64,000 nt of DNA from an uncultured virus (IMG/VR IMGVR_UViG_3300023198_000928). Taxonomy: Duplodnaviria; Heunggongvirae; Uroviricota; Caudoviricetes. A model generated the notes under the pieces. It did not search any database and had not been told where the DNA came from. It worked only from the letters and a program-made list of their open reading frames with translations. Made by a program: the position numbers and the translations under genes. The DNA lies in IMG/VR virus record IMGVR_UViG_3300023198_000928. One strand, given 5' to 3'. Shown here piece after piece: positions 29,161 to 40,900 of the stretch. The first letter of the stretch is position 1. Every line of letters starts with the position of its first letter.

Positions 29161-29384
29161 TAGAAGATGGTAAGATAGATGAAAATATAATAGATGAAAC
29201 ATTAGATTCTTTATTAAAAATGCATTCTATTTCACCATCACTATTTTTTAAAACATATAAATCATTACCTATTAATCTTTTTTGTGAAATTGAAAGATTA
29301 TCAATGTCGAGATCAACTCTTTATAAAGATCGATGTACTAAGGCTAGTACTGTTGCAGACTATTTTCATAAGAGTGTAAAATGA
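29157..29384 (+). CDS. hypothetical protein
   Basis: 75-aa ORF with ATGA overlap. Confidence 0.55.
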   Translation: MIEDGKIDENIIDETLDSLLKMHSISPSLFFKTYKSLPINLFCEIERLSMSRSTLYKDRCTKASTVADYFHKSVK

Positions 29385-29409
29385 ATAATAATTAATAAAT
29401 AAGAGAATA

Positions 29410-29823
29410 ATGAAAAACAAATTTAACATTGAAGACAAGCATGTAGAAAGTGCTATCGTACAAGAGATTTACTTTAGAGCAGGATTTAAAACAACAATCT
29501 GTACTCTAATGCTTGACACTGGATTTGAAGTAGTAGGAAGCCATACTTCATTTTTACGTAGTAATTCAGAAGAAGAATTAATTAAAACTAAGGCCCTTGC
29601 TAGAGATAAGGCTAAAGAAGATGCAAGAATTCATTTAGAAAGTATCAACCATTGGCAAGCTGTATTGGAGCAAGTGAAATTAGAGAAGGATAAGAAAGAA
29701 GCAGAAGCTGCGTTAGCTGCAACTAAGGGTCCTGCAGAAGATGCTGGCCCTGCATTAGAACCTGTTCCTTCAAATCCTCCAGCTTTTGATGATTCTAATA
29801 CTCCGTTAGCTGAGACTAAATAG
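29410..29823 (+). CDS. N4 Gp49 / Sf6 gp66 family-like protein
   Basis: TTICTLMLDTGFEVVG...ALARDKA pattern; Pro/Ala/acidic tail. Confidence 0.6.
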   Translation: MKNKFNIEDKHVESAIVQEIYFRAGFKTTICTLMLDTGFEVVGSHTSFLRSNSEEELIKTKALARDKAKEDARIHLESINHWQAVLEQVKLEKDKKEAEAALAATKGPAEDAGPALEPVPSNPPAFDDSNTPLAETK

Positions 29824-29907
29824 TAATCTAAGTAACTAATAATTGGAAAATAATTGGTATATTAGTAATAATCAATATGATAGCCTAGTGCTATAGATAA
29901 AGAAGAT

Positions 29908-30492
29908 ATGATAAATGAAAAATCTATTTTTATTCTAGAAATCCCAAATTGGCCAAATAAAGTAAAAATCGGTACTAATACTACAGAATTTTATACTATG
30001 AAGGACAATTTACCAAAGGCCCATGACGGAGCTACCCTGAAAAAGTTTGGTAAAAAGCTATACTACATTAATAGTAAAGGGAGTCGAATCATTAAAAACT
30101 CTAATTCAGTAGGGAAACCTAAATATTGGAATTTAAATGGTCAGGCTTTCTATAGCGCAAATATTCATTGGGCCACTAGATCAAAAATAGTAGGATTTTA
30201 TCATAAATATTTTATGAAGTATATAAAAGAGCAATTAAAGGAACCTTTTCCTTCATTTCTTTCTTATAAACTTAATATGAGTATAGTTATATACGATGTC
30301 TTTACTAATTACACTCCGGATATTACAAATATGTGGATTTTAGCAAAAATGTTAGAAGATGCAATAGTTTCTGCTAAGCTCTTAAGGGATGACAGTCCTG
30401 AGTTTAGACGTAAAACTAGCATCGAATATCAGTTTATTACAGATCCAACTAAGAGAAAATTATTAGTTACTTTTGAATATAAAAAATATTAA
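29908..30492 (+). CDS. RusA-like Holliday junction resolvase
   Basis: PDITNM...KMLEDAIV..KLLRDDS. Confidence 0.75.
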   Translation: MINEKSIFILEIPNWPNKVKIGTNTTEFYTMKDNLPKAHDGATLKKFGKKLYYINSKGSRIIKNSNSVGKPKYWNLNGQAFYSANIHWATRSKIVGFYHKYFMKYIKEQLKEPFPSFLSYKLNMSIVIYDVFTNYTPDITNMWILAKMLEDAIVSAKLLRDDSPEFRRKTSIEYQFITDPTKRKLLVTFEYKKY

Positions 30493-30493
30493 T

Positions 30494-30817
30494 ATGAACG
30501 ATAAACTACCAGTATATGCAGAAAATGAGTCAATGAGTAATACAGGTAGATTAGGAATGTATTATTTCTTTTGTGATGAAATTCACGAAGATGGTAAAAC
30601 AATTCCTTACGGCGAGATAATACTCAAAGTATCTACCATACAAATATTAAATATTTCTATTGAGATAATAGATCATGAAAAGATAGGCACTGAAGAAGCA
30701 TATGGTGAAGCATTTTTACGATTAATTGAAAATATCTCCTCACAATTTAATATCAATCACATAGATTACAGTTATGAAAACACAAAAACGAGTTTTAAAA
30801 AATCAGCCCCTAACTAA
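30494..30817 (+). CDS. hypothetical protein
   Basis: ORF with likely start at the ATG at 30494. Confidence 0.6.
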   Translation: MNDKLPVYAENESMSNTGRLGMYYFFCDEIHEDGKTIPYGEIILKVSTIQILNISIEIIDHEKIGTEEAYGEAFLRLIENISSQFNINHIDYSYENTKTSFKKSAPN

Positions 30818-31334
30818 GGCGGATATAGAACAAGTTCTAGGAGCCGGCGGAAGAGCTGTTACCTTGGGACGCATGCTTAATAATGAGCAATATTCATATA
30901 AAATCAAAGCTCTTCTATATTCAAAGGGAAAAGTAAGTGCTAGAGGCTTTTTATTAAATAACGACATTTTTAACTTACCACTCGGTAAAAAAGACCCTAA
31001 AGGAGTCATCCTAATAGATTCTGATGTAATGGGAATTTTAGAGAGATATGAGTTATCTGATTCGTTAGCAGCAAAAGGAGATGGGTTAACAGCATTTTTA
31101 GTTGATAATAGTGATACATTATATAAAGTTTTATCAGAATTTGATAGTGATAAAGCGATTAGTGAGGAAGAATACGTACAAGTATTTAACTTAGTGTATA
31201 ATGAAATTTCATCTAAGTTAACAGGAATGTTTATTAGCGATTTTATTTCAAAAGATCCTAAGTTATTATCAGCGATGACTGCTATTATAGAAAAGAAAGA
31301 AGAGAAAGAAGAAAAAGAAGATATTAAAGAATAA
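30774..31334 (+). CDS. hypothetical protein
   Basis: 186-aa ORF, last gene of the + strand arm. Confidence 0.75.
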   Translation: MKTQKRVLKNQPLTKADIEQVLGAGGRAVTLGRMLNNEQYSYKIKALLYSKGKVSARGFLLNNDIFNLPLGKKDPKGVILIDSDVMGILERYELSDSLAAKGDGLTAFLVDNSDTLYKVLSEFDSDKAISEEEYVQVFNLVYNEISSKLTGMFISDFISKDPKLLSAMTAIIEKKEEKEEKEDIKE

Positions 31335-31394
31335 GCATAATTAACACTTTTTCTAAGGAAGTGATGTTTATTATTTATTTATTAGTAATTACAT

Positions 31395-31441
31395 AAGAGG
31401 GACATTTCGCATTAATTTGTGATTTGTCCCTCTTTTTTTTT
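31395..31441 (+). terminator. intrinsic terminator at the convergence of the two arms (possibly bidirectional)
   Basis: AAGAGGGACA...TGTCCCTCTT 10-bp outer stem with inner TCGCA/TGTGA stem, followed by a T-run that touches the stop codon of the - strand gene. Confidence 0.85.
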
Positions 31442-34400
31442 AATCCTCTTGGAATATACTAGAAGTCATAAGTGTGATAGACTTATAAGGACCGCTAAGT
31501 TTTTTACCTACATTATGTAATGCTGTCATATAATCTTCAGCTGATACCTCATCTCCTGATATCAAAGCTTTAGGAGCTATCAGAGATACATCTACTATCG
31601 ATTTTACTGCTCCGGAAGCAATAGAAGCAGATATAAGCATAGAAGAATTTCCTGTAAGCACATCTGTTAAAGACTTCATTAAAAATACGTCACCAGTGGC
31701 CATCATCCATCTGTCGTAAGCTAATCTCGCAGCTTCATTACTTCTGCTCTCATCATCGAGACCGTAATTGAATATACCCCATGCCGCTGCTGAAAGAGTA
31801 CCCCATACAATCAGATCTCCAAATAAAGTACTGATATTTTTCTTCTGCTTATCATTAAGAGTACCTTTTTGGAATACAGCAAATTTATGCTCTGCAGCCT
31901 GTCTGGCCATAGATTGAATAGTGTATACAATACCTTCAGTAGGCTCTCCCTCAAAGCTCATACGATATCCGTGCTCAGCATCAGGGTCCTCTACTCTCTT
32001 AAGTCTAGACACAGATCTATTCTCATCAGCTGTCATAGGTTTTTGAAAATATCTAGGAATTTTAGCAAATAGCCATGTTCTCATTTTAGATAGAAAGCTC
32101 ATCCAAGTATAATAAGTGGCTAATGATTTCGAAGATTCATCTAATGAAGAATAAACCTCTACTATCATCTCTTTTATATAATTAGCTTCATATCCTGTCC
32201 ATGCTCTTTTAAGTTTTCTTTTCTCAATTTCATCATTAAAAGTTCCTGTCAAGCCATTTCTCTGATTAGCCATCTCTTCTTTAGTAGCCGCGTACATTTT
32301 TTTAGCTTTAATCTTTTCATCTGCATTATGTTTAGAATCAAAAAATCTTTTATCCTTTTTCTCATCATATTGTAAATTACCATTTTCATCTAAAGAATGT
32401 GCTTCAAAAGAACCCTGCTCCATCATATATGCTAGCATTGTTATTCTTTGCCAATTTTCTAACATCATTTTATTTGCAATCATTAAATGTCTACTTTGAA
32501 ATAAAGACTTTTTCTCTAATTGGTTTAATAACTGTTTTAAATTTTTAGTATCTGAATTAGTAATACCATATACTCTATCAATAGCATACATTAAATCCTT
32601 TTCTTTTTTAGTCCCTACAGTCACTAGCTTAAATGCTTTAGTGTAGCTAGCAAGGCTAAACTCACGTTGACCATTAAACATCACTCCATATAATTTATCT
32701 CCTATATAGTTAGAAGCTGTAACCATTGGATTAGTAAATGTCTCTAGCAATGCTTGACTAACTGTACCGGCGATAGCTGCATGTGTAGCAAACTTATTCA
32801 ATACTTTAATTCCTGTAGATCTCTCGTCACTTTCTTTATGATTAATCACACGGCGTTGTATTAGAGTAAGAGTATCAATTAAATGGTGATATGAAACTCC
32901 TCCACTGATACCTTCAAACCTTTTTATATTATAAAACATTGCTCTACCAAAGGACGACACATCTCTATAATGGTGAGAATCTAACGCTGCAATAGCAAAA
33001 TTATCTAGTACATTTTCAAGGTTATCCTCTATACGGTCTAGTGGTTTATTTTCAGCACCCTCTACCTCCTGGCCTTGCTGATCTATACCTAAGATTTTAC
33101 GTCTAGCAAATGTAAAGTTGTCCTTAATGGAATCAGAGTCCTTAGTATATTGAGCTATAAATTTACTCTCAACAGAGAATTCATTATCTACAGTATTCTC
33201 TTTTAAATCAAAGAAAGTAGTATCTAATCTCATCTTAGAAAAAGTATCTTTAAATTGTTTATGAAATGAAGTATCTTGTCTATAACTCATATGAGATTTA
33301 GGCATTAAAGGCATCCATCCTTCTTTCATAAATGGTTTTTTAAATGAAGAAAGTACGGAGAATTTTTTAAATGATCTTTCTGCAAAAGCTAAATAATCTT
33401 TCTCTGCTTGAGCTAAACTATGATGATTAGAAGGTTTTAATCTAAACGCTGTAGCTCTCTTTGTATTATCATTTTGATAAAGATTTTTAAATATTACTTT
33501 TCCACTTGAAGAAAAATAGTCTATTACACCACTTCCACCATAATAATCTTTTAAAGCTGTTAAATATTTAGTATGCTCATTTTTATATGTAAGGTAATCT
33601 TCATTAATATTTCTAGAACTATCTAAAATTTTTCTATTGAAAGACCCTTGATACATATTACTAGACTTTGATGTAGCTACTAAAAAATTATTAGCAAACG
33701 TAGTGTTTTTAGGACTAGTAGTATAATTAAATCCATGTAAGTACATTATAATATTATCTGTTAAGGCCCATAAATCACTATTAATTCTTGAATCTACAGT
33801 CGCATATACATTCTCTGTTAATGAAATTCTAAAATCATGTAATCTTTCTAATAAGGCTTCTTTATTTTTATGATCTCCATAATTATCTACAATGTCCTTC
33901 AATAATTTCTGACGTTTTCGTGCTGTTTTATTACCTATAGCGAATAATTCTCCTGTTCTCACTAAATCACTTTGAGACATATTTAAATACTCTCCTAAAG
34001 AAGTAATAGGATTATTCATATAAGATTTAGTCTCAAATAATTTAGGATCTTTTAATAAAGCCTCTATTTCTGGAGCTAATTTTTCCCCCGCCAATTTCAT
34101 TTGTTGTAACATAATCTTAGTCATAGCTAGTACACTACTCACATCATGTGGTTGAGGTAAGCTATTTTTAGCAAATTCAGAATTAGACACTACCATACTA
34201 ACTTGGAAATTCTTATCTAATTTTTTCTGTAAGGCCATCATAATCCCAGCCTTAATCAATCTCATATTATAATTAGTATTTTCCCAAACAGTTGTCGGAC
34301 TTAATGACTTAGCCATTTTAGTACTTATATAATTACCAAAAATATTTCCTCTATTATCTCCTTCAAATTTTAATCTACGTTCTCTATCATGATTTAATAT

Positions 34401-37400
34401 TATCATTCTAGTCTCTCCCGTGATTTTATTTTTAAGCATAGATACTCCACTAAATTCCAAACCTAACGAAGCATTAGAAGACATTTTTATAAATTCATAA
34501 CTATTAGAATCAGTTCCATCAAGAAGTGCTCTCATTGCATATCCTTTATCCCTTGATTTTAATATTGAGTCTTGAGTTGATGAATCTCTATCTAGCTCAT
34601 AGAACACTTTTTCAAGGTCCGCTTCTACGTTTCTAATATCTCTACGATCTTTTAGTAATCCTTTTATATAGGCAATAGATGAATCTTTATCATGGATATG
34701 TCCAGGCAAAGTTACTTTTACAAATCCTGCAAGAGTTACTCTTAGGCCATTTCCACCTTTCTTTCTAGATTTCATACCTAATTGATCTAACACCTTATCG
34801 TACATTGCATTTCCACTACTGCTTTTTCTAGTAGCATTTATTGCATTTTCATAAATTGTTCGTGCCTCTTCATCTAGGTTATCCTTTATATCAATATTAT
34901 GATTTCCTGAAGCTTTATAAATAGTGTCCATTGTAGCTGATGCTGCAGATTCAGTACTTAACAGAGATGACTGTACGCCTTCTTTTTTGAAATGAACTAA
35001 TAATTCTGCCGATACATCTGTAACCCCTTTAGAGACAATAGTTGTAGGCTGATATAATAATTTATCATCATGATCTAATACATCTTCTACTTTATATGAC
35101 CCATCTGGTTGTTTTACATCTACAGATTTACCGCCAACAGGACCGTGTAATATATTTTCTACATAGAATATTGAGCTAGGACCTGACTCTATACCAAGTT
35201 CCATTAGAAGAATTTTATATAGAGATGTTTGAATACTAGCTTTCATTTTAGAATTATCGCTATATGATGACATAACTCCTTCCATTCTAACTCCAGCGTT
35301 ATAATCCCACCATAATACCTTTCCAGTTTCTTTAGTTTTATAATCAAAGATATGAGCCTTTCCATTTCCATCCACTACAATTAAATCAATCGTACCGGCG
35401 ACTCCAAATGTTTTACTACCTAATTTTACTTCAGGCATAATTACTATAGGCCCTGGTAAATCTTTAATTTTCTTAACTACGCTCTCTTTAACTAGCTTTA
35501 AAAAATCTCTTGCATAAGCTAAGTTCTTATCTTCCATAGCTTTAAGTAAGAAATCAAAACTCTCTACGAAATCATTATATTCTGGGCTACCTTTCTTATC
35601 AGCGATTTTATCTAAAAAATTAGTTTGAATATAAGAAGAAAAGACATCTCGCCCTTTAGTCATCTCATTAATAATACTCTCAGAAAAATGTAGGTAACCT
35701 CCTTGTTTTTTAGATTTACCACCAACAGCATCACTATTAGCAAAATTAAGTGCTCTAAAATAAAATTCAGCTAAATTATGTAAATATGTCCCTTCATTGG
35801 TTTTAAATTCAAATATTTTCTTTAAATCTTTTTTATTCTTTTTAAATGTACCGCCGGAATACCCTGAAATATACTTTCCTTTCATCCAAGCAACACTTTC
35901 TTCCAGTAACTTTTCTTCTATTTCTATAGGTGTTCCTTTTAAAGTCTTTTTTCTGGCATCTGTAAAATTTTTCCATGCTTTACGAGCTGCATAATCATCA
36001 GCATTTCCTTCATTACTGAAATTAGTAGTTAAGAAATGAGTAGTTCTATCTAATAATTCTCCATCTACTATATAATTAGCCTCATCTTCAGTTAATTTAA
36101 CTCCTTTTGAACTTTTTCTAATTATATCAGCTGTAGTAATTGCTTTATTGGTAACTGAGTATAAAGCAATAGCTTCATTTTTAAACATATTTAAATAGCC
36201 TTCAGCCTTGTTCAATAGCATGTTATTTGTTAATATATTTCTAGGAGTATCCCAATCTTTTAATTCATATGTAGCGGAAGAATCTAGCTTACCATCTATA
36301 TTGTATCTATTTCCTTTACCATCTGTTAAAATAATTACTCCAGGTCGAATAGATCTAATGAAGTTTCTAGCCATTAATCCATTAAATAAATCTCTTGATG
36401 TTGATTTAGGAATGAAAAAGTTCTTTAGATTCTCTAAATTCTCTACTGAAATATTATCATATAATGGACTTGGGTTATTATCATATGAGAACCTAGCAGC
36501 AATATTAAACATATCTGAAATAGTAGAATTCAAATTAAATCCTGCCTCATAAGATTTTATAGTAGTATTATTAGTAAGATTTATTAAAAATGATTCTGTA
36601 AATTCTGAAACAGTTTCTCCTATATCTATATAATCTTCTTCTATCTTAGCATCGATTATTTTAGCAGCTTTCATTCCTATAGAATCTACAAATACTTCTT
36701 CAGCAATATCATCCTTACTGAACTCTATTGCTCCTAATCCATATACTTGAGCATAATCAAGCATCTTTTGAGGATATTCTTCTTTAATTTTATTTAGAAG
36801 AGCACCATGAGCTGTAGGATTATTATTCTTTAACCATTTCATATAAAAATGCCCGAACTCGTGAAACATTGTTCCCGAATCAAATTTATTTATATTCAAT
36901 ATTATCTCATCATTAAGTATAAATCCTTTCTTAGTAGAGAATGACCTGCCGTAGGTTTGTTGTATCTCCGCTGAGCTTAACATACTTACATTTAAATTAG
37001 GTACTACTCGTTTAAATACCTTAATAATTTTATTTGCTATATCGAATTTCGCTGCGTTACTAGGAGTTTTTATCTTATTAAACGTCTTACGTTCATCCTC
37101 AGATAAATAAGCATTCAAAAATAGAGATGATTCATCTATTTCGGATACATTAGTAAGAATATTATCCTGCATCTCAGTACCTATAATATGATCGACGGAA
37201 TTTGTAACCTTTACAATATTTGGGCCCAGTCTATAGTCAGATATATGACTAACATCAGTGCCTGGAGACTTTAAATTTTTATTATATCTGCTGACAGCTT
37301 TAGAAACTATTTCAGGATCGATCCCTGAAGAGAATGCTACGTCAAATCCTCTATGTAAGGCTGATATGATAAGAAATTCTAATCCTTCATTATACATATC

Positions 37401-37937
37401 CATTTCTTCATTAGCATATCCTTGACCGTCAGATTTAGTAGGACTTTTTTCAAACAATTTAGATACAACTTTTCTTGCATCCTTTATTTCTTTATCCCCA
37501 ATTACTATAAAATCATGATTCTTAATATTAGTAAGTGACTTCACATCTCTGGTTTCTGCAATAATTTTAGTGCTATTTGAAGGATATTCACTTAATAATT
37601 TACTCTTATTCTTAGTAAAATAATTTTCTGATATACCTTTAAATAAATTAGCTCCGGATCTACCTAGTTTGTCTAATACCTCTTTATCAGTGATATTAAT
37701 ATTCTTTAATCCTTGTGTAGTTGTTTTTTTATTATTTGAAAAAATATAGCTTGCTCCTTTACTAAATACATCAGTATTAGCATCTAACTTAGCTGAATTA
37801 GGAGTTCTAGTATTCTGTTCAAAAGTAGATACTTTAGTAGTAGTATCTGATAATTGAGCTATACTTTTAGCACCGTATTTAGATACTAATCTAGGGTTTA
37901 TCCCACTATTTACTTTAATTGCTACACTACACTTCAT
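31440..37937 (-). CDS. giant putative virion cargo protein with zincin and PD-(D/E)XK nuclease domains
   Basis: HEFGH...EE (36849-36863); GTYLH...PEVKL...AGTIDLIVVD...IFDYKT...QTSLY; hydrophobic helices near the C-terminus; adjacent to the RNAP gene. Confidence 0.8.
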   Translation of the reverse strand: MKCSVAIKVNSGINPRLVSKYGAKSIAQLSDTTTKVSTFEQNTRTPNSAKLDANTDVFSKGASYIFSNNKKTTTQGLKNINITDKEVLDKLGRSGANLFKGISENYFTKNKSKLLSEYPSNSTKIIAETRDVKSLTNIKNHDFIVIGDKEIKDARKVVSKLFEKSPTKSDGQGYANEEMDMYNEGLEFLIISALHRGFDVAFSSGIDPEIVSKAVSRYNKNLKSPGTDVSHISDYRLGPNIVKVTNSVDHIIGTEMQDNILTNVSEIDESSLFLNAYLSEDERKTFNKIKTPSNAAKFDIANKIIKVFKRVVPNLNVSMLSSAEIQQTYGRSFSTKKGFILNDEIILNINKFDSGTMFHEFGHFYMKWLKNNNPTAHGALLNKIKEEYPQKMLDYAQVYGLGAIEFSKDDIAEEVFVDSIGMKAAKIIDAKIEEDYIDIGETVSEFTESFLINLTNNTTIKSYEAGFNLNSTISDMFNIAARFSYDNNPSPLYDNISVENLENLKNFFIPKSTSRDLFNGLMARNFIRSIRPGVIILTDGKGNRYNIDGKLDSSATYELKDWDTPRNILTNNMLLNKAEGYLNMFKNEAIALYSVTNKAITTADIIRKSSKGVKLTEDEANYIVDGELLDRTTHFLTTNFSNEGNADDYAARKAWKNFTDARKKTLKGTPIEIEEKLLEESVAWMKGKYISGYSGGTFKKNKKDLKKIFEFKTNEGTYLHNLAEFYFRALNFANSDAVGGKSKKQGGYLHFSESIINEMTKGRDVFSSYIQTNFLDKIADKKGSPEYNDFVESFDFLLKAMEDKNLAYARDFLKLVKESVVKKIKDLPGPIVIMPEVKLGSKTFGVAGTIDLIVVDGNGKAHIFDYKTKETGKVLWWDYNAGVRMEGVMSSYSDNSKMKASIQTSLYKILLMELGIESGPSSIFYVENILHGPVGGKSVDVKQPDGSYKVEDVLDHDDKLLYQPTTIVSKGVTDVSAELLVHFKKEGVQSSLLSTESAASATMDTIYKASGNHNIDIKDNLDEEARTIYENAINATRKSSSGNAMYDKVLDQLGMKSRKKGGNGLRVTLAGFVKVTLPGHIHDKDSSIAYIKGLLKDRRDIRNVEADLEKVFYELDRDSSTQDSILKSRDKGYAMRALLDGTDSNSYEFIKMSSNASLGLEFSGVSMLKNKITGETRMIILNHDRERRLKFEGDNRGNIFGNYISTKMAKSLSPTTVWENTNYNMRLIKAGIMMALQKKLDKNFQVSMVVSNSEFAKNSLPQPHDVSSVLAMTKIMLQQMKLAGEKLAPEIEALLKDPKLFETKSYMNNPITSLGEYLNMSQSDLVRTGELFAIGNKTARKRQKLLKDIVDNYGDHKNKEALLERLHDFRISLTENVYATVDSRINSDLWALTDNIIMYLHGFNYTTSPKNTTFANNFLVATSKSSNMYQGSFNRKILDSSRNINEDYLTYKNEHTKYLTALKDYYGGSGVIDYFSSSGKVIFKNLYQNDNTKRATAFRLKPSNHHSLAQAEKDYLAFAERSFKKFSVLSSFKKPFMKEGWMPLMPKSHMSYRQDTSFHKQFKDTFSKMRLDTTFFDLKENTVDNEFSVESKFIAQYTKDSDSIKDNFTFARRKILGIDQQGQEVEGAENKPLDRIEDNLENVLDNFAIAALDSHHYRDVSSFGRAMFYNIKRFEGISGGVSYHHLIDTLTLIQRRVINHKESDERSTGIKVLNKFATHAAIAGTVSQALLETFTNPMVTASNYIGDKLYGVMFNGQREFSLASYTKAFKLVTVGTKKEKDLMYAIDRVYGITNSDTKNLKQLLNQLEKKSLFQSRHLMIANKMMLENWQRITMLAYMMEQGSFEAHSLDENGNLQYDEKKDKRFFDSKHNADEKIKAKKMYAATKEEMANQRNGLTGTFNDEIEKRKLKRAWTGYEANYIKEMIVEVYSSLDESSKSLATYYTWMSFLSKMRTWLFAKIPRYFQKPMTADENRSVSRLKRVEDPDAEHGYRMSFEGEPTEGIVYTIQSMARQAAEHKFAVFQKGTLNDKQKKNISTLFGDLIVWGTLSAAAWGIFNYGLDDESRSNEAARLAYDRWMMATGDVFLMKSLTDVLTGNSSMLISASIASGAVKSIVDVSLIAPKALISGDEVSAEDYMTALHNVGKKLSGPYKSITLMTSSIFQED

Positions 37938-37952
37938 AATTTAATTTTTATT

Positions 37953-40900
37953 TTAACAAACTTTATCAACCCAATCTGAGTCCTTTAATGAGGTAACTAC
38001 TGATTTCAATGTATTATTATATTCCCCTTCAGATACATTAAGTTGAACTCCCGTATCTCCTAGAACAAGCTTTCCTGCTTTTGCTACAACATATCCTAGT
38101 TCTTTAGTTTTAGTAGGAAACTCAACTACCATTGAATAATCTTTAAATAAATTTCCACTATTACCCACTTTGTATACAATTGTATCCAATTCTCGTCCTT
38201 TAACTTTTATCTTACTGACCGCATGTTTTTGATTAATGAACCCTTTTCTAAGTAATTTACTATTAACAAGAATATTAGATTGAGAAGATCCTTCTTTTCC
38301 TAATCCTTTAACTACCAATTGTGGTCTCTTATTAACTGTTTTAACTTCTAAATGAGCTTCTTCAAATTTAGTTAAAGAATTCATAAGTATCTTAACATTC
38401 TTTTTATTTCTAGTAATATCTATTCGTTCTAATCCTCCTGGAGTTGTTGTAATATTAAATGCAAAAGTGTCGTTGAAAAATGTTCCTTTATTTTCTCCAG
38501 CTTTTCTAGATACACCTAACTTTTTTAATAAATTATTAAATACATCCATTCCTCCAACAGTCGCTTGTTCAGTCTCACTACTTAAGCCATTATTTAAAAT
38601 ACCATAGAATATTGCTTCATCATCCATGTTATCTATTGTATTAATAATATTAACTATCTGTTGTTGCATATCAGTGAACGAGGTTGTATTTAAAGGATTA
38701 TTATCTTTAGTAACTCCTACTTTAAATGCTGGTATAAGAATTCTTCTTGAACCTGCCTGAGCTGGATGTATATTCTTAGCGTCGTGATATTTTTTATAAG
38801 AGTCATCTACAGACCATTTATCACTGATATTTTTCACTTTTATTATAACATCTGCTGCACCATCTATAACAGGGGCCTCCAAACTAATTATAGGATCTTC
38901 TAACATGGCTTTCTTATCATTATCAAATATAGTACTTATTTTTTTAGATACTTGAACATCCATAGAGACTGTTTCAAATTGATCATTTAAGAAATTCATC
39001 ACTTTCTCATTTTCAAGCATTCCCACATTATATAATCTATGTCTTCTTAAATTACGCCCACTAATATTTTGAATTAAATGACCTTTTAAGAATAAAGTAG
39101 GATTTTGAGCCATAAGAACTGCTCCAGGAATAGCTATTAAAGATCCTTTATATAATACCATATACTTTTCATATCTAATATTTTTAAAAGCTTCAGTATC
39201 TTTAGTGGTAGAAATTTTTGATTTACCTACATAAGCTAATATTCTTACATCTTCACCTCCATAATCAGCAGTAAAACCTACTTGTTTACCCATCTTTCTT
39301 AAATCTTCCTGTAAATTTTTTGGTACATAAGCAAAAGCATCATCCTCTATAATTTCAGCTATAGTAGTAACAGGTAAAGCCTCATTAGCATAAGCATCAA
39401 AAATTCTAAATGCAGGCAATGTAGGAGCTGTACCAAAAAATAATTCTCTCTCCATTAATTTAGCCGGTAATTTATATACCTGTCCTCTTGTATGGGTAGA
39501 AGTAATTTGTGGTTTAGTAATACTTTTATCTAATAGTAATTTTGCTCTAGAATATGACTTAAGATCCTCTTGATCCTCATTACTTCTCTCACCAAGTAAA
39601 TTCATAGCCTCCTGTAAACTTTCTTTATCATCTACATCATACTGCTCTGCAATGTCTACACCATGATCCTCAGCACCGGCCTTAGCTCGTTTACGTTTTC
39701 CTATCAATTCATGAGTAGCTCTAGTTTTCACATTATTAGTGATTATATCTTTAGATACATCAGTTTCAGGTATAAATTTATTATAATCCTCATTAGATAA
39801 AGTATCTAAGAAAATACCAAGAGATTCATTTACTTCAGTGAATAATTCTATCATTGAACCTTTTTTTATTTCTCCATTACTTACAATTAAAGCATAAGAA
39901 CTTAAATTTTTATAAAGCTCTCTCTTTAAATTATCAAGTTTAGTCAGTCTTTCTACATCTTCTAACTTACCTTCTTTTCTTAACTGATCTAATCTAGATT
40001 TAGGAGTAACAGTTTTTAATTCTTCTATACCTTGATGTATTACCGCCGCTTCTATTTTATCAACATTAGCGTGTTTTAGTTTAGGTATAGATAATATAGG
40101 GTCAGTAGATAAGAATGATCTGGTAAAAACCATAGAATCTAATGCAGCATTGCTATATGACCCACCTTTAAACTCTTTATATAATCTAATCTGTTGAGTT
40201 AAGTAAGGTCCAAAATTTTTCACAAACTCAGCTCTATCATCAGGAAATGCTAGATTTACTTCAGAATAAGAATAGTTATTAACACCTTCTTGTTCTACTA
40301 CAGTTCCACTTCTGGTTTTACCATCCTGACCTTTTTGTTGTAAGAATTTTTCAATTTTTAATCTATTTACATAAGAATTTGCTCCTTTATACGCTTTTTC
40401 TGTTTTATTATCTTTACCAGTTATAGCCTTTAATATTGCATTAGTTTTAAATAAATGAGGCATTCTATACTTCTCAGTTTCATATACACTTTTAAATAAT
40501 GCTCTAGATTGAGGGTGTAAAAATATCATTACATCAGGATCAAACACTTTACGAGCAGCTCTCTCCCTAAAGCCCGCTTCTTTAGATTTAGGTTTTTGTG
40601 CTTTTTCTTTCTCAGCTAGTCTTAGTAATATATTTGGATTAACTCCTTTTCCTTTAGCATCATCAAGAATTATAGCTTGGTATAAGGCATCAGCATCTAA
40701 ATTTCCAAGAATCTTATCAAGTTTAAATGACTCAATTTCTGAATTTTCATTTAAGCTTCTTAATGCTCTAAATTTATTAATCGAATCGCTAATATCTAAG
40801 ATCTTTTTTAAACTTGTAATAGCGTCCTGATTACTATCAGCAGGATATTTAATCTTTAACTTTTTAATACTAGATGTAGTTAAATAAGTAGTTTCTAATC

